Origin: Lachnospiraceae bacterium
GTDB taxonomy: Bacteria; Bacillota; Clostridia; Lachnospirales; Lachnospiraceae
Assembly (NCBI GenBank): GCA_024693225.1
Contig: JAILLI010000068.1
Span: 13,929 to 77,928 of the forward strand
DNA: 64,000 nt
Reading direction: 5' to 3'
Shown here: in pieces, positions 28,709 to 36,975 of the stretch
Layout of the letters: the number at the start of each line of letters is the position of its first letter
Numbering within the stretch: the stretch's first letter is position 1
Made by a program: the position numbers and the translations under genes
Notes under the pieces: model-generated
What the model was told of the DNA's origin: nothing
Seen by the model: the letters and a program-made list of their open reading frames with translations, nothing else
The model's database searches: none

Positions 28709-28988
28709 CTGTAAGTCCCGTCATATTAAATAACTCATATATTTTTTCCTGAGGATGCAAAAGTCTGAACTTTCCTCCTCTTGAAGTTGTCATTCTGGCT
28801 GTACCGACAAATACACGTATTCCCGCGGATGAAATATAATCCGTCAAGGTAAGATCGATATCTATATCGACTACTTCCGCCGGGAGCGCGTTTACTTCAT
28901 CCTGAAGCTCGCTTGCGGTCATGGCATTCAGTTCCCCTTCCATCCTTATCGTCGCTTTGCTTCCTTCAATAATGCTTTCAACTGTCAT
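28686..28988 (-). CDS. STAS-domain protein (anti-sigma-factor antagonist, SpoIIAA/RsbV-like)
   Basis: The protein is 100 aa. The DYISSAGIRVF block contains the Ser normally phosphorylated in this family. Confidence 0.8.
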   Translation of the reverse strand: MTVESIIEGSKATIRMEGELNAMTASELQDEVNALPAEVVDIDIDLTLTDYISSAGIRVFVGTARMTTSRGGKFRLLHPQEKIYELFNMTGLTDAFTFVQ

Positions 28989-29009
28989 TATTCTTCCTCC
29001 GTTTTTGCT

Positions 29010-31199
29010 TTAGTCGCCTTCAACCTGCTGTCTCTTTACAAGATCGGCAAATGCGCCGTTTTGTGCGATAAGTTCATCGTAAGTACCGTCTTCTGCGATA
29101 TGTCCTTCATCAAGAACTATGATCCGGTCACAATTCTTTATTGTTGAAAGTCTGTGTGCGATAACTATACGTGTGCAGTTAAGAGATGAAAGGGAATCCG
29201 AAACCTTCTTCTGGGTGATATTGTCGAGTGCACTCGTTGCCTCATCAAACAGCAGTATCTTCGGTTTCGGTGCTATAGCTCTTGCTATCATGATGCGCTG
29301 CTTCTGTCCGCCTGAAATACCTCCGCTTCCTTCGGAAATAAGCGTAAACATACCCATCGGCATTTCTCTTATGTCATCTTCCATTCCTGCAAGCCTTGCA
29401 GCCTCCATGGCTTCTTCGAGGGTCAGCCCCGGAGCGGATATGGCTATATTTGTGAACAGGTCTCCGGAGAAGAGTTTTCCGTCCTGCAGCACGGTTCCGA
29501 TACGGCTGCGAAGAGATTTCTGATCGATGTTTCTCAGATCTTTTCCGTCATAATACACAGAACCCTTCTGCGGTGTCTCAAAACCGAGAAGTATCCTGAG
29601 CAGCGTCGATTTACCGCAGCCGGTCTTACCGGTTATCGCAACATACTGTCCGGGCTTTATCTTCAGAGTGATATTGTCAAGGACATTCGGCATATCATTG
29701 CGATAGCGAAACGTTACATTATTCAGTTCGATAGCTCCGCTCAGGTTTTCCAGGACGGGCTTATCCTCTGCTATCTCCGGTACGGTTTCCATGATCGGCT
29801 GTACCATTTTGATCGTCGAGATTATCTGCGAGATGCTCCCGGCTATACCTGCAAGCGAAAGGATCGCCCCGCTCATCATCCCGTATGCCGAATTGAAAGC
29901 ATAGTACTCCGATACCGAAACGCCGGAACCGATGGCCACCGCATAAAGGAGGATAGTCCCGAACAGGGATATAGTCATATTGATGATAGCTGTATACCTG
30001 ACAAACAGGGGCGGATTATATTTGATCTCCGAATTCTTCGCATAAAGATTTCCCCATTTTGCAAATGCCCGCCTCTCGGAACCGGACAGCCTTATCTTCT
30101 GGATACCGGATACAAGTGCAAAAGACATACCGCTCTCAACCGTCTCGGTCTCCATAAGCTTTCTGTTCTTACGTGTGGAGGCAAGGATCGACATTGTCGC
30201 AACAGCAAGTGTCACAAGTGTCAATATGACCGCAGGGGCTGCAAGTGCCGGGGTATAATGAAATATCTGAAAAACATAAACCACGGAGAAAAGCGCGGTC
30301 ACACTTGTTGACATACCTATGTCGACGACCTTTGTTATAAGAACATTCATATATCCCACACGGTTTGTCAGATCACCCGTCGAATACTTTTTGAAGAATG
30401 ATGAAGGCAGGGACAATATCCTCATCATGGTAGCTGCCTCCACACTCTGGTCAAGTTTTACGGATATCTTTCCCAGGACCAGGCTTTTGATCCCGCCGAA
30501 CAGGATCACGCTCACGGATACACTTATCATAAATACCGCTATGGCTATAAGCGCCCGGATACTTCCGCTCTCAATGACATCGGAGAACAGCATCCTGTTT
30601 ATCCAGGGCAGGAGCATACCGATAAGGGATACCAGGCCCGCAAAGGCGAGATATGTGATAAAGGCTCCTCTGTTTATGTTGTCAAATATATAGATCAGTA
30701 TTTCCTTAAACCCCAGCTTCTTTAACGGAAAGGGCTTATAAAAAGCGACCGCCTCATCGGAAAAGAGACTTTCCGTATGCGAGGTTACTTTTTTATATGC
30801 TCCGGTTACGGGATCAAGGTATTTGTAGCCGGTAAACTCCCTCGGGATAAGCGCAACAGGCTGCCCGTCAGCCGAATATGTTGTAAGCAATGCCCCCGAA
30901 GCGTCTTTGCGCCAGCCGCGTGCCAGTCTGACGGTCCTTGTCATTATCCCATGCGGGCGAAGCAGGTATTCGAGCACTTCATCAACTTTCTTTAAGGCGC
31001 CGGGGATCTCGATCATTTTGACATGATAATAATTCAGGATGTTTCCGATAGCATCCTTTGTCCGCTCCCTCTCATCATTAAGGGCGAGCGAAAGGCGCCT
31101 TCCCATAACGGATCCCGCGATCCTGATACAGGAAGCCTCAAAAGCCTCCCGGTCCGCCTTCTCTCTTGAATTTATCTGTTCTTCAACCCAATTGATCAT
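29010..31199 (-). CDS. ABC exporter (TMD-NBD) without active peptidase domain, NHLM/NHLP-bacteriocin-system type
   Basis: The N-terminal domain of about 150 aa has no catalytic Cys motif. Six TM segments follow. Walker A is GKTGCGKST, the signature is ISGGQKQR, and Walker B is LLFDEATSALD. Confidence 0.8.
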   Translation of the reverse strand: MINWVEEQINSREKADREAFEASCIRIAGSVMGRRLSLALNDERERTKDAIGNILNYYHVKMIEIPGALKKVDEVLEYLLRPHGIMTRTVRLARGWRKDASGALLTTYSADGQPVALIPREFTGYKYLDPVTGAYKKVTSHTESLFSDEAVAFYKPFPLKKLGFKEILIYIFDNINRGAFITYLAFAGLVSLIGMLLPWINRMLFSDVIESGSIRALIAIAVFMISVSVSVILFGGIKSLVLGKISVKLDQSVEAATMMRILSLPSSFFKKYSTGDLTNRVGYMNVLITKVVDIGMSTSVTALFSVVYVFQIFHYTPALAAPAVILTLVTLAVATMSILASTRKNRKLMETETVESGMSFALVSGIQKIRLSGSERRAFAKWGNLYAKNSEIKYNPPLFVRYTAIINMTISLFGTILLYAVAIGSGVSVSEYYAFNSAYGMMSGAILSLAGIAGSISQIISTIKMVQPIMETVPEIAEDKPVLENLSGAIELNNVTFRYRNDMPNVLDNITLKIKPGQYVAITGKTGCGKSTLLRILLGFETPQKGSVYYDGKDLRNIDQKSLRSRIGTVLQDGKLFSGDLFTNIAISAPGLTLEEAMEAARLAGMEDDIREMPMGMFTLISEGSGGISGGQKQRIMIARAIAPKPKILLFDEATSALDNITQKKVSDSLSSLNCTRIVIAHRLSTIKNCDRIIVLDEGHIAEDGTYDELIAQNGAFADLVKRQQVEGD

Positions 31200-31211
31200 A
31201 TTATTATCCGA

Positions 31212-33398
31212 TCATTCGCATGTTACCAGTTCTTTGTATCTTCCGTTATTATTCATAAGCGTCTCATGCCGGCCCCGTTCTATGACCTTTCCGCGATCAA
31301 GAACGATTATCTCATCACAGTCTCTTATGGTTGAAAGTCTGTGGGCAATGACGATGCAGGTTATTCCACGTCTTTTGATGGAACGGATGACTTCATACTC
31401 GGTCTTGCCATCAAGAGCACTTGTTGCTTCGTCAAGTATTATCAGTCTGGGATCCTGGGCAAGTACACGTGCTATCTCTAGACGCTGCCGCTGTCCGCCC
31501 GAAAGATCCCTTCCGTTTTCGCAGAGCCTGTAATTGTAACCGCCATCCCTGTTCATTATGTGCTCATGCAGCTGTGCATCTTTGGCTGCCATGATCATTT
31601 CATAATCTTCAATGGTGTCGTCCCACATTTTAATATTTGCTGATATCGTATCCTCAAAAAGGATGACATCCTGATCAACAACAGCAACTGATCCGGTAAA
31701 GATATTTCTGTCTATTTCCTTAATGTGTTTTCCGTCATACAGTATCTGTCCGCTCCACGGTTGATAAAGGCCGCTTATCAGCTTCCCGATGGTGGATTTC
31801 CCGCACCCTGAAGATCCGACTATAGCCACACTTTTTCCGCTTTTAAGTTCAAGGTTAAAATCTTCTATGAGCGGAGGTGCAAGCCTGGCATATCCGAACG
31901 TGACATGTTGTATTGAAATGTTTCCGGAAAGCTTGTCTTTAGGCTCCGAGGTGGAAGGATTTACATCAACGGCCAGGTTTTCGTCTCTCGGATATTCCAT
32001 TACATCCTCGATACGCTCCATCTGGCTCCTCATTTCCTGAATACTCTTACCGGCATTGACGAATGATCTGGCCGGAGCAAGAAAGCCTGACAGAAATCCC
32101 TGAAATGCAATGACCATACCGGGTGTATACTTACCCTTTATCACAAGATACACTCCCATGATGAGGATGATATCATTGACTACCGCTGTTGCGATCTCCG
32201 GAATGGTACCGATAGATGCCCCAAGCCTCTCAAATCTGACGTTCTGGGTGTTAACACTTGCCTGATAACCTGCCCATTTGCGGAAATACCCGTTTTCAGC
32301 CCCACTGCTCTTTATTGTATCTATCATATTGATACCGCTGGAGGTGGCCGATATCAGTTTTGATTCATCCCGCATCTGAACACGGGTTATATTTACCCTC
32401 TTTTTGCTGATTATCCTTGTCAGAATGAAGTTTATCAGTATCGAAGATATGCCGACCATTGTCATGCTTACGGAATACCGGAGCATTACCACCAGATAGA
32501 AAACAAGCATTGCCGAATCGATAAACAAAGGAGCGATCATATTTATGAGCGAGTCCGCGATCCCGGCATTGCTGCGGCGTCTGCCCTCTATGTCTCCGGC
32601 CATCCTCTGCGAGAAGAACTCCATCGGAAGACACAGCACATGCCAGAAATATGTCGCATTTCCTATAGCTGCGAACTTTCCGCTTATGCGAAGTGAATAT
32701 ATTGTCCTTATCCATTCGGAAACTATCTGAAGAAAAGCAACAGAACTGATCAGAATAAGAAAAGGGATCACAAGTGCGGGATTTTCGCCCGAAAGGAGAT
32801 CATCCATAAAGAATCTCGACAGTCCCGACATCAGGATCGAAAAAAAAGCAGCCAAAGCCGTTGTTATTGTAACAAAAGCAACGGCACCGCCGGTCCCCTT
32901 CAGTCGTTTTGCGGCAAACGCTTTCACACTTGCAGGTTTTCCCGAAGGTTCAAATCCCTCATCGGGCTCGAATATTATACATATGCCTGTGAAAGAGGTG
33001 TTGAATTCTTCCTCTGAAACGGTAACGGTCCCCCGGGCAGGATCATTAAGATATGCATTGCCGCCTTTAAAGCCTTTTAAGACCACAAAGTGATTCATGT
33101 TCCAGTGGATCACACAGGGGAAATTACCTTTTTCCTTCAGCCTCTGCGGACTGTACCTGTATCCCTGGGCTTTGAGGCCGTATGCTCTCGCCGCACGTGC
33201 AATATTTCCGGCCCTGGACCCGTCCCTTGATACCCCACAGTCCTTACGGGTCTGCTCAAGCGGGATCCACTTCCCGTAATATGCCAGTACCATGGCAAGG
33301 CAGGCGGCTCCGCATTCAAGGGCCTCCATCTGCATGATCACGGGTACTTTTGCAACACCATTTGCTATGGGCGCGTTGTTTGCTTTACGTCTGAACAT
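31212..33398 (-). CDS. Peptidase-C39-containing ABC exporter (PCAT)
   Basis: The N-terminal C39 domain has the catalytic Cys context QMEALECGAACLAMV, plus HFVVL and NDPA. The TMD follows. The NBD has GSSGCGKST, LSGGQRQR and IILDEATSALD. Confidence 0.9.
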   Translation of the reverse strand: MFRRKANNAPIANGVAKVPVIMQMEALECGAACLAMVLAYYGKWIPLEQTRKDCGVSRDGSRAGNIARAARAYGLKAQGYRYSPQRLKEKGNFPCVIHWNMNHFVVLKGFKGGNAYLNDPARGTVTVSEEEFNTSFTGICIIFEPDEGFEPSGKPASVKAFAAKRLKGTGGAVAFVTITTALAAFFSILMSGLSRFFMDDLLSGENPALVIPFLILISSVAFLQIVSEWIRTIYSLRISGKFAAIGNATYFWHVLCLPMEFFSQRMAGDIEGRRRSNAGIADSLINMIAPLFIDSAMLVFYLVVMLRYSVSMTMVGISSILINFILTRIISKKRVNITRVQMRDESKLISATSSGINMIDTIKSSGAENGYFRKWAGYQASVNTQNVRFERLGASIGTIPEIATAVVNDIILIMGVYLVIKGKYTPGMVIAFQGFLSGFLAPARSFVNAGKSIQEMRSQMERIEDVMEYPRDENLAVDVNPSTSEPKDKLSGNISIQHVTFGYARLAPPLIEDFNLELKSGKSVAIVGSSGCGKSTIGKLISGLYQPWSGQILYDGKHIKEIDRNIFTGSVAVVDQDVILFEDTISANIKMWDDTIEDYEMIMAAKDAQLHEHIMNRDGGYNYRLCENGRDLSGGQRQRLEIARVLAQDPRLIILDEATSALDGKTEYEVIRSIKRRGITCIVIAHRLSTIRDCDEIIVLDRGKVIERGRHETLMNNNGRYKELVTCE

Positions 33399-33410
33399 CC
33401 ACGCCCCTTC

Positions 33411-33635
33411 CTATCTGATGATATAGGTGATCGGTGCAACAGTTTTTCTTCCGGTATCCGTATTGATCGTGACCGTACCGAAAACTGCCCAGATAAATAT
33501 ACCTGCAAGAAGGATGATGACCGCCGTAAGGATCATCCACATTGAGGGCGTGGTGACTTTTATATAATCATCGAGTTGCTCCGGTGACTGTAATTTATCA
33601 AGAGTTTCCTTACGGAACAGTTTTTGTCGGTCCAT
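33411..33635 (-). CDS. 74-aa membrane protein resembling only the N-terminus of NHLM/NHLP-type HlyD secretion proteins
   Basis: The product is MDRQKLFRKETLDKLQSPEQLDDYIKVTTPSMWMILTAVIILLAGIFIWAVF... A strong SD (AGGAGGG) precedes the ATG. The gene lies 12 nt upstream of the PCAT gene. Confidence 0.65.
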   Translation of the reverse strand: MDRQKLFRKETLDKLQSPEQLDDYIKVTTPSMWMILTAVIILLAGIFIWAVFGTVTINTDTGRKTVAPITYIIR

Positions 33636-33657
33636 ATACCCTCCTGTAATATACGGG

Positions 33658-34860
33658 TTAATCCCTATAGATCAACGAGAACGCATAGCCCTCAAAGTTG
33701 ACGGCCGCGGTAACTGTGGCAGGGTTCATATCAGTATCGGCATATGTCCGGGTCCTGCCGTTCTTGTCGAGTGCCATGACGGCGAATGCTCTGCCGCCCT
33801 TCCGGTACTCCATGGGAACGATGATCGTCAGCACTCCGTTCTTTACGGTATCGTCAACCTTGCCGTTTATGGCCATGTTGAAAGAAAATACTTCCTTCCA
33901 TCCGGCTGTACGGTCAGCATTAAAGACTGCCTGTGCGGCAGGACCCTGTTTGGTCTTCCCCATCGCAAGCCCGTATACCGGCTGTCCGTTTATGGCCATA
34001 AACCCTTCAACGGTATCGGGGTTGACTGCTGCAGCTTTGATCTCTTTATCATCATCGTCATCATGTCCGGGCTCGGGCGAAGGATGAGGATCATCTTCAA
34101 TAACAACATCATTTATAGTGATAATATCCTTCAGGCCCTGTATCCTCCAGACACCTTTCCCCCGTTTGCTTATACACTCAGGGTGATCTGACGATCCGAG
34201 CTTTGTGATGATCTTACCCCTGTCTCTGGCAGAAACATCAATGTATCCGCCCTCCCATACCCAAACTTTCCAGTCGGGCAGCTGTTCACTATGATATGCT
34301 GCTTCGGGACCGCTGACCTTCATATCATCCCATTCTTCTCCGTTGTCCGAATCTTCGATAGCGATCTCAAACATTTCCTTTGAAGCGCTCTTACCTGTAA
34401 CGGTGCCTGCACTGCCATCGCTGTTGTGAAGATTTGCTTCCACCGTTCCGCTGTTATTTGTTACCTCTGCACCGGCATAATTGATCTTGACCCTGCCTCC
34501 GTCATTAACAACCTTTGCGTAGTTTCTTGTTACCTTACCGGCATTGGAGCCGACCACCTCTCTGTTGATCAGAATATCACCGTCTTCGGCATTTTCTTTG
34601 ACGGTGCCCAGATTATTTGTGATATCCCCCTTGTTTGTTGTGACCGTGCTTTTTTCGGAAACCTCACTGATGCTTCCGTTGTTGGTCCCGACATTATGAC
34701 CGTTCGTACTGTTGATCACTTCGTTTGCAGCGATCACATCAACATCCTTTGTGAGATTGTCGTGATCATCGACCGGCAGGGCCGCAGATACACTTATCGG
34801 GGCTGCTATAACGACAGCACACGTTAGAGAGATCATCTTTTTCAATATTGATCTATACAT
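33658..34860 (-). CDS. Secreted protein of unknown function (Asn/Gly/Val-rich repeat N-terminal half, acidic linker, beta-rich C-terminal half)
   Basis: I prefer the start at MYRSILKKMISLTCAVVIAAPISVSA/ALP (ATG 34860, AAGGAGG 12 nt upstream). The ORF track starts at 34887. This is a Sec-type signal peptide with no double-glycine leader. Confidence 0.6.
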   Translation of the reverse strand: MYRSILKKMISLTCAVVIAAPISVSAALPVDDHDNLTKDVDVIAANEVINSTNGHNVGTNNGSISEVSEKSTVTTNKGDITNNLGTVKENAEDGDILINREVVGSNAGKVTRNYAKVVNDGGRVKINYAGAEVTNNSGTVEANLHNSDGSAGTVTGKSASKEMFEIAIEDSDNGEEWDDMKVSGPEAAYHSEQLPDWKVWVWEGGYIDVSARDRGKIITKLGSSDHPECISKRGKGVWRIQGLKDIITINDVVIEDDPHPSPEPGHDDDDDKEIKAAAVNPDTVEGFMAINGQPVYGLAMGKTKQGPAAQAVFNADRTAGWKEVFSFNMAINGKVDDTVKNGVLTIIVPMEYRKGGRAFAVMALDKNGRTRTYADTDMNPATVTAAVNFEGYAFSLIYRD

Positions 34861-34992
34861 AAAACAAATATACCTCCTTGACGACATGGTTTAAGCCAAA
34901 GACCTGACTCGGTTATTATACAATATACAGGCTTTATACGTCTATATCATTAGATAAGTACCGGCCATTTCTTTACTTATTCATTTCTTATG

Positions 34993-35021
34993 TTGACTTT
35001 TATATCTTCGAAGTATATATT
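34993..35021 (+). promoter_or_regulatory. Putative sigma-A promoter for purA
   Basis: TTGACT (34993-34998) is followed by a 17-nt spacer and TATATT (35016-35021), about 100 nt upstream of the purA ATG. Confidence 0.4.
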
Positions 35022-35123
35022 TCTTTTTGGGCAAAGGGGCCATAGCTGTGTTTATGGTACTCTTTTTTATTTTTGTCAAAAGTCCGGTATTTTATGACGG
35101 ACCGGCCATAAGGAGGATATGTC

Positions 35124-36419
35124 ATGGTAAAAGCTGTTGTCGGAGCCAACTGGGGTGATGAGGGAAAAGGAAAGATCACGGACATGCTCGCCCAGAACGC
35201 AGATGTTGTCGTTCGCTTTCAGGGCGGTGCCAATGCCGGCCATACCATAAAGAACAAATACGGGAAGTTCGCTCTCCATACCCTTCCCTCCGGAGTATTT
35301 AACGAGAATACCGTAAACGTCATAGGAAACGGCGTTGCTCTTAACATACCCATCCTGATGGATGAGATTGATACCATAGTGGGAAAAGGGGTTCCCAAGC
35401 CCATCATCCTCATATCCGAAAGGGCCCAGATGATCATGCCATACCATATAGCCTTTGACAGATATGAAGAGGAACGTCTCGGGGGCAGATCCTTCGGCTC
35501 GACAAAGTCCGGCATAGCTCCCTTCTATTCGGACAAGTTTGCCAAGATCGGCTTTCAGGTAAGTGACCTGTGGGACAGTGAGGACAACCTCAAGGAAAAG
35601 ATCCGGAATGTGACCGTCCAGAAGAACATCCTTCTTGAACACCTCTATCATAAAGACCCCATAGACGTTGATGATACATACAGGACACTCATGCAGTACC
35701 GTGATATGATAGCCCCTTACGTCTGCGATGTTTCCTCATACTTAAGGGATGCCTTAAAAGAAGGCAAGACTATCCTTCTCGAGGGCCAGCTCGGAACCTT
35801 AAAGGACTGCGACCACGGTATATATCCCATGGTGACCTCATCAAATACAATTGCGGCATACGGGGCCGTCGGCTGCGGAATACCGCCCTATGAGATAAAA
35901 CAGGTCATCTCGGTCTGCAAGGCTTATTCTTCATCAGTCGGTGCAGGTGAATTTGTCAGTGAGATAAAAGACGAAGCCGTTGCCGATGAACTGCGCCGCC
36001 GCGGAGGCGATGGCGGTGAATACGGTGCCACGACTGGAAGGCCCAGGCGCATGGGCTGGTTCGACTGCGTGGCATCAAAGTACGGATGCGCCCTCCAGGG
36101 TACGACCGATGTTGCATTTACGGTTCTTGATGTTCTGGGTTATCTGGACGAGATACCGGTATGTGTCGGTTATGAGATAGACGGTCAGGTAACGACCCGT
36201 TTCCCCGTAACAAGGCTTCTGTCCCGGGCAAAGCCGGTCTACGAAACCCTTCCCGGCTGGAAGTGCGATATAGCCGGCATACGCGACTATGATGCTCTTC
36301 CCGAAAACTGCCGCAGATACATAGAGTTCATAGAAAAGAAGATCGGATACCCCATCACCATGATAAGCAACGGTCCTTCAAGAGACGATATAATCTACCG
36401 CAAGTCCCCTATCGGATAA
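35124..36419 (+). CDS. purA: Adenylosuccinate synthetase
   Basis: The N-terminus is VVGANWGDEGKGKITD, followed by RFQGGANAGHT. SD AAGGAGGA precedes the start. Confidence 0.95.
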   Translation: MVKAVVGANWGDEGKGKITDMLAQNADVVVRFQGGANAGHTIKNKYGKFALHTLPSGVFNENTVNVIGNGVALNIPILMDEIDTIVGKGVPKPIILISERAQMIMPYHIAFDRYEEERLGGRSFGSTKSGIAPFYSDKFAKIGFQVSDLWDSEDNLKEKIRNVTVQKNILLEHLYHKDPIDVDDTYRTLMQYRDMIAPYVCDVSSYLRDALKEGKTILLEGQLGTLKDCDHGIYPMVTSSNTIAAYGAVGCGIPPYEIKQVISVCKAYSSSVGAGEFVSEIKDEAVADELRRRGGDGGEYGATTGRPRRMGWFDCVASKYGCALQGTTDVAFTVLDVLGYLDEIPVCVGYEIDGQVTTRFPVTRLLSRAKPVYETLPGWKCDIAGIRDYDALPENCRRYIEFIEKKIGYPITMISNGPSRDDIIYRKSPIG

Positions 36420-36936
36420 TGCCGCGGACCCTGAGGACTCCGGACAGGACCTGGATCAGGGCATTGGCAAGTATAAGGGATACCGCAGCCTGAATGGCAT
36501 TGCCCGGTATGGCGGCTACAGCCCCCATGCCGTATCCCATAAAGGTACTCTCGAAGAGAAAATATCCGGCTATCATGATAAGCTCCGCTACTATGCTGCT
36601 GACAAGATAAACCGCAAACCTGTGGACGTTTTTATCCGTCATGGCCCGGCAGACCACAAAGCCCAGCCATGCCATGGCAAACTTTATGATGGCAGTTGCG
36701 GGAGCGTAGATCACATAACCGGACAGTATATCCGCAAGGGCAGATCCCAGCGCGGCGGCAGCTGCCCCGTAGGGATTGCCCAGTATCCAGGCCGACAGCA
36801 GGACTGCCGTATCCCCTATATTAACGTAACCGCCTGTTGCAGCGATCGGGATCCTGATCACCATGGTCGCTATGCAGACGATGGCGGCAAACATTGCCGA
36901 TCTTACAAAAAGCTGCAGTTTCTCATTCATTTCCAA
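36409..36936 (-). CDS. ECF-transporter S (substrate-binding membrane) component, substrate unknown
   Basis: This is a 175-aa hydrophobic protein with a GGYVNIGDTAVLLS block, typical of small ECF S-components. Its 3' end overlaps the purA 3' end by 11 nt (convergent). Confidence 0.55.
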   Translation of the reverse strand: MEMNEKLQLFVRSAMFAAIVCIATMVIRIPIAATGGYVNIGDTAVLLSAWILGNPYGAAAAALGSALADILSGYVIYAPATAIIKFAMAWLGFVVCRAMTDKNVHRFAVYLVSSIVAELIMIAGYFLFESTFMGYGMGAVAAIPGNAIQAAVSLILANALIQVLSGVLRVRGIIR

Positions 36937-36975
36937 TCTCCTCTTATATGCCCTGCATATCAGACATTTATGATC

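Noticed and set aside
34888-35123. A purine riboswitch upstream of purA.
   Set aside because: I found no three-way junction and no conserved UAUA...GUUUCUACC...CCGUAAA-type segments. Only a plausible promoter and an AT-rich leader are present.
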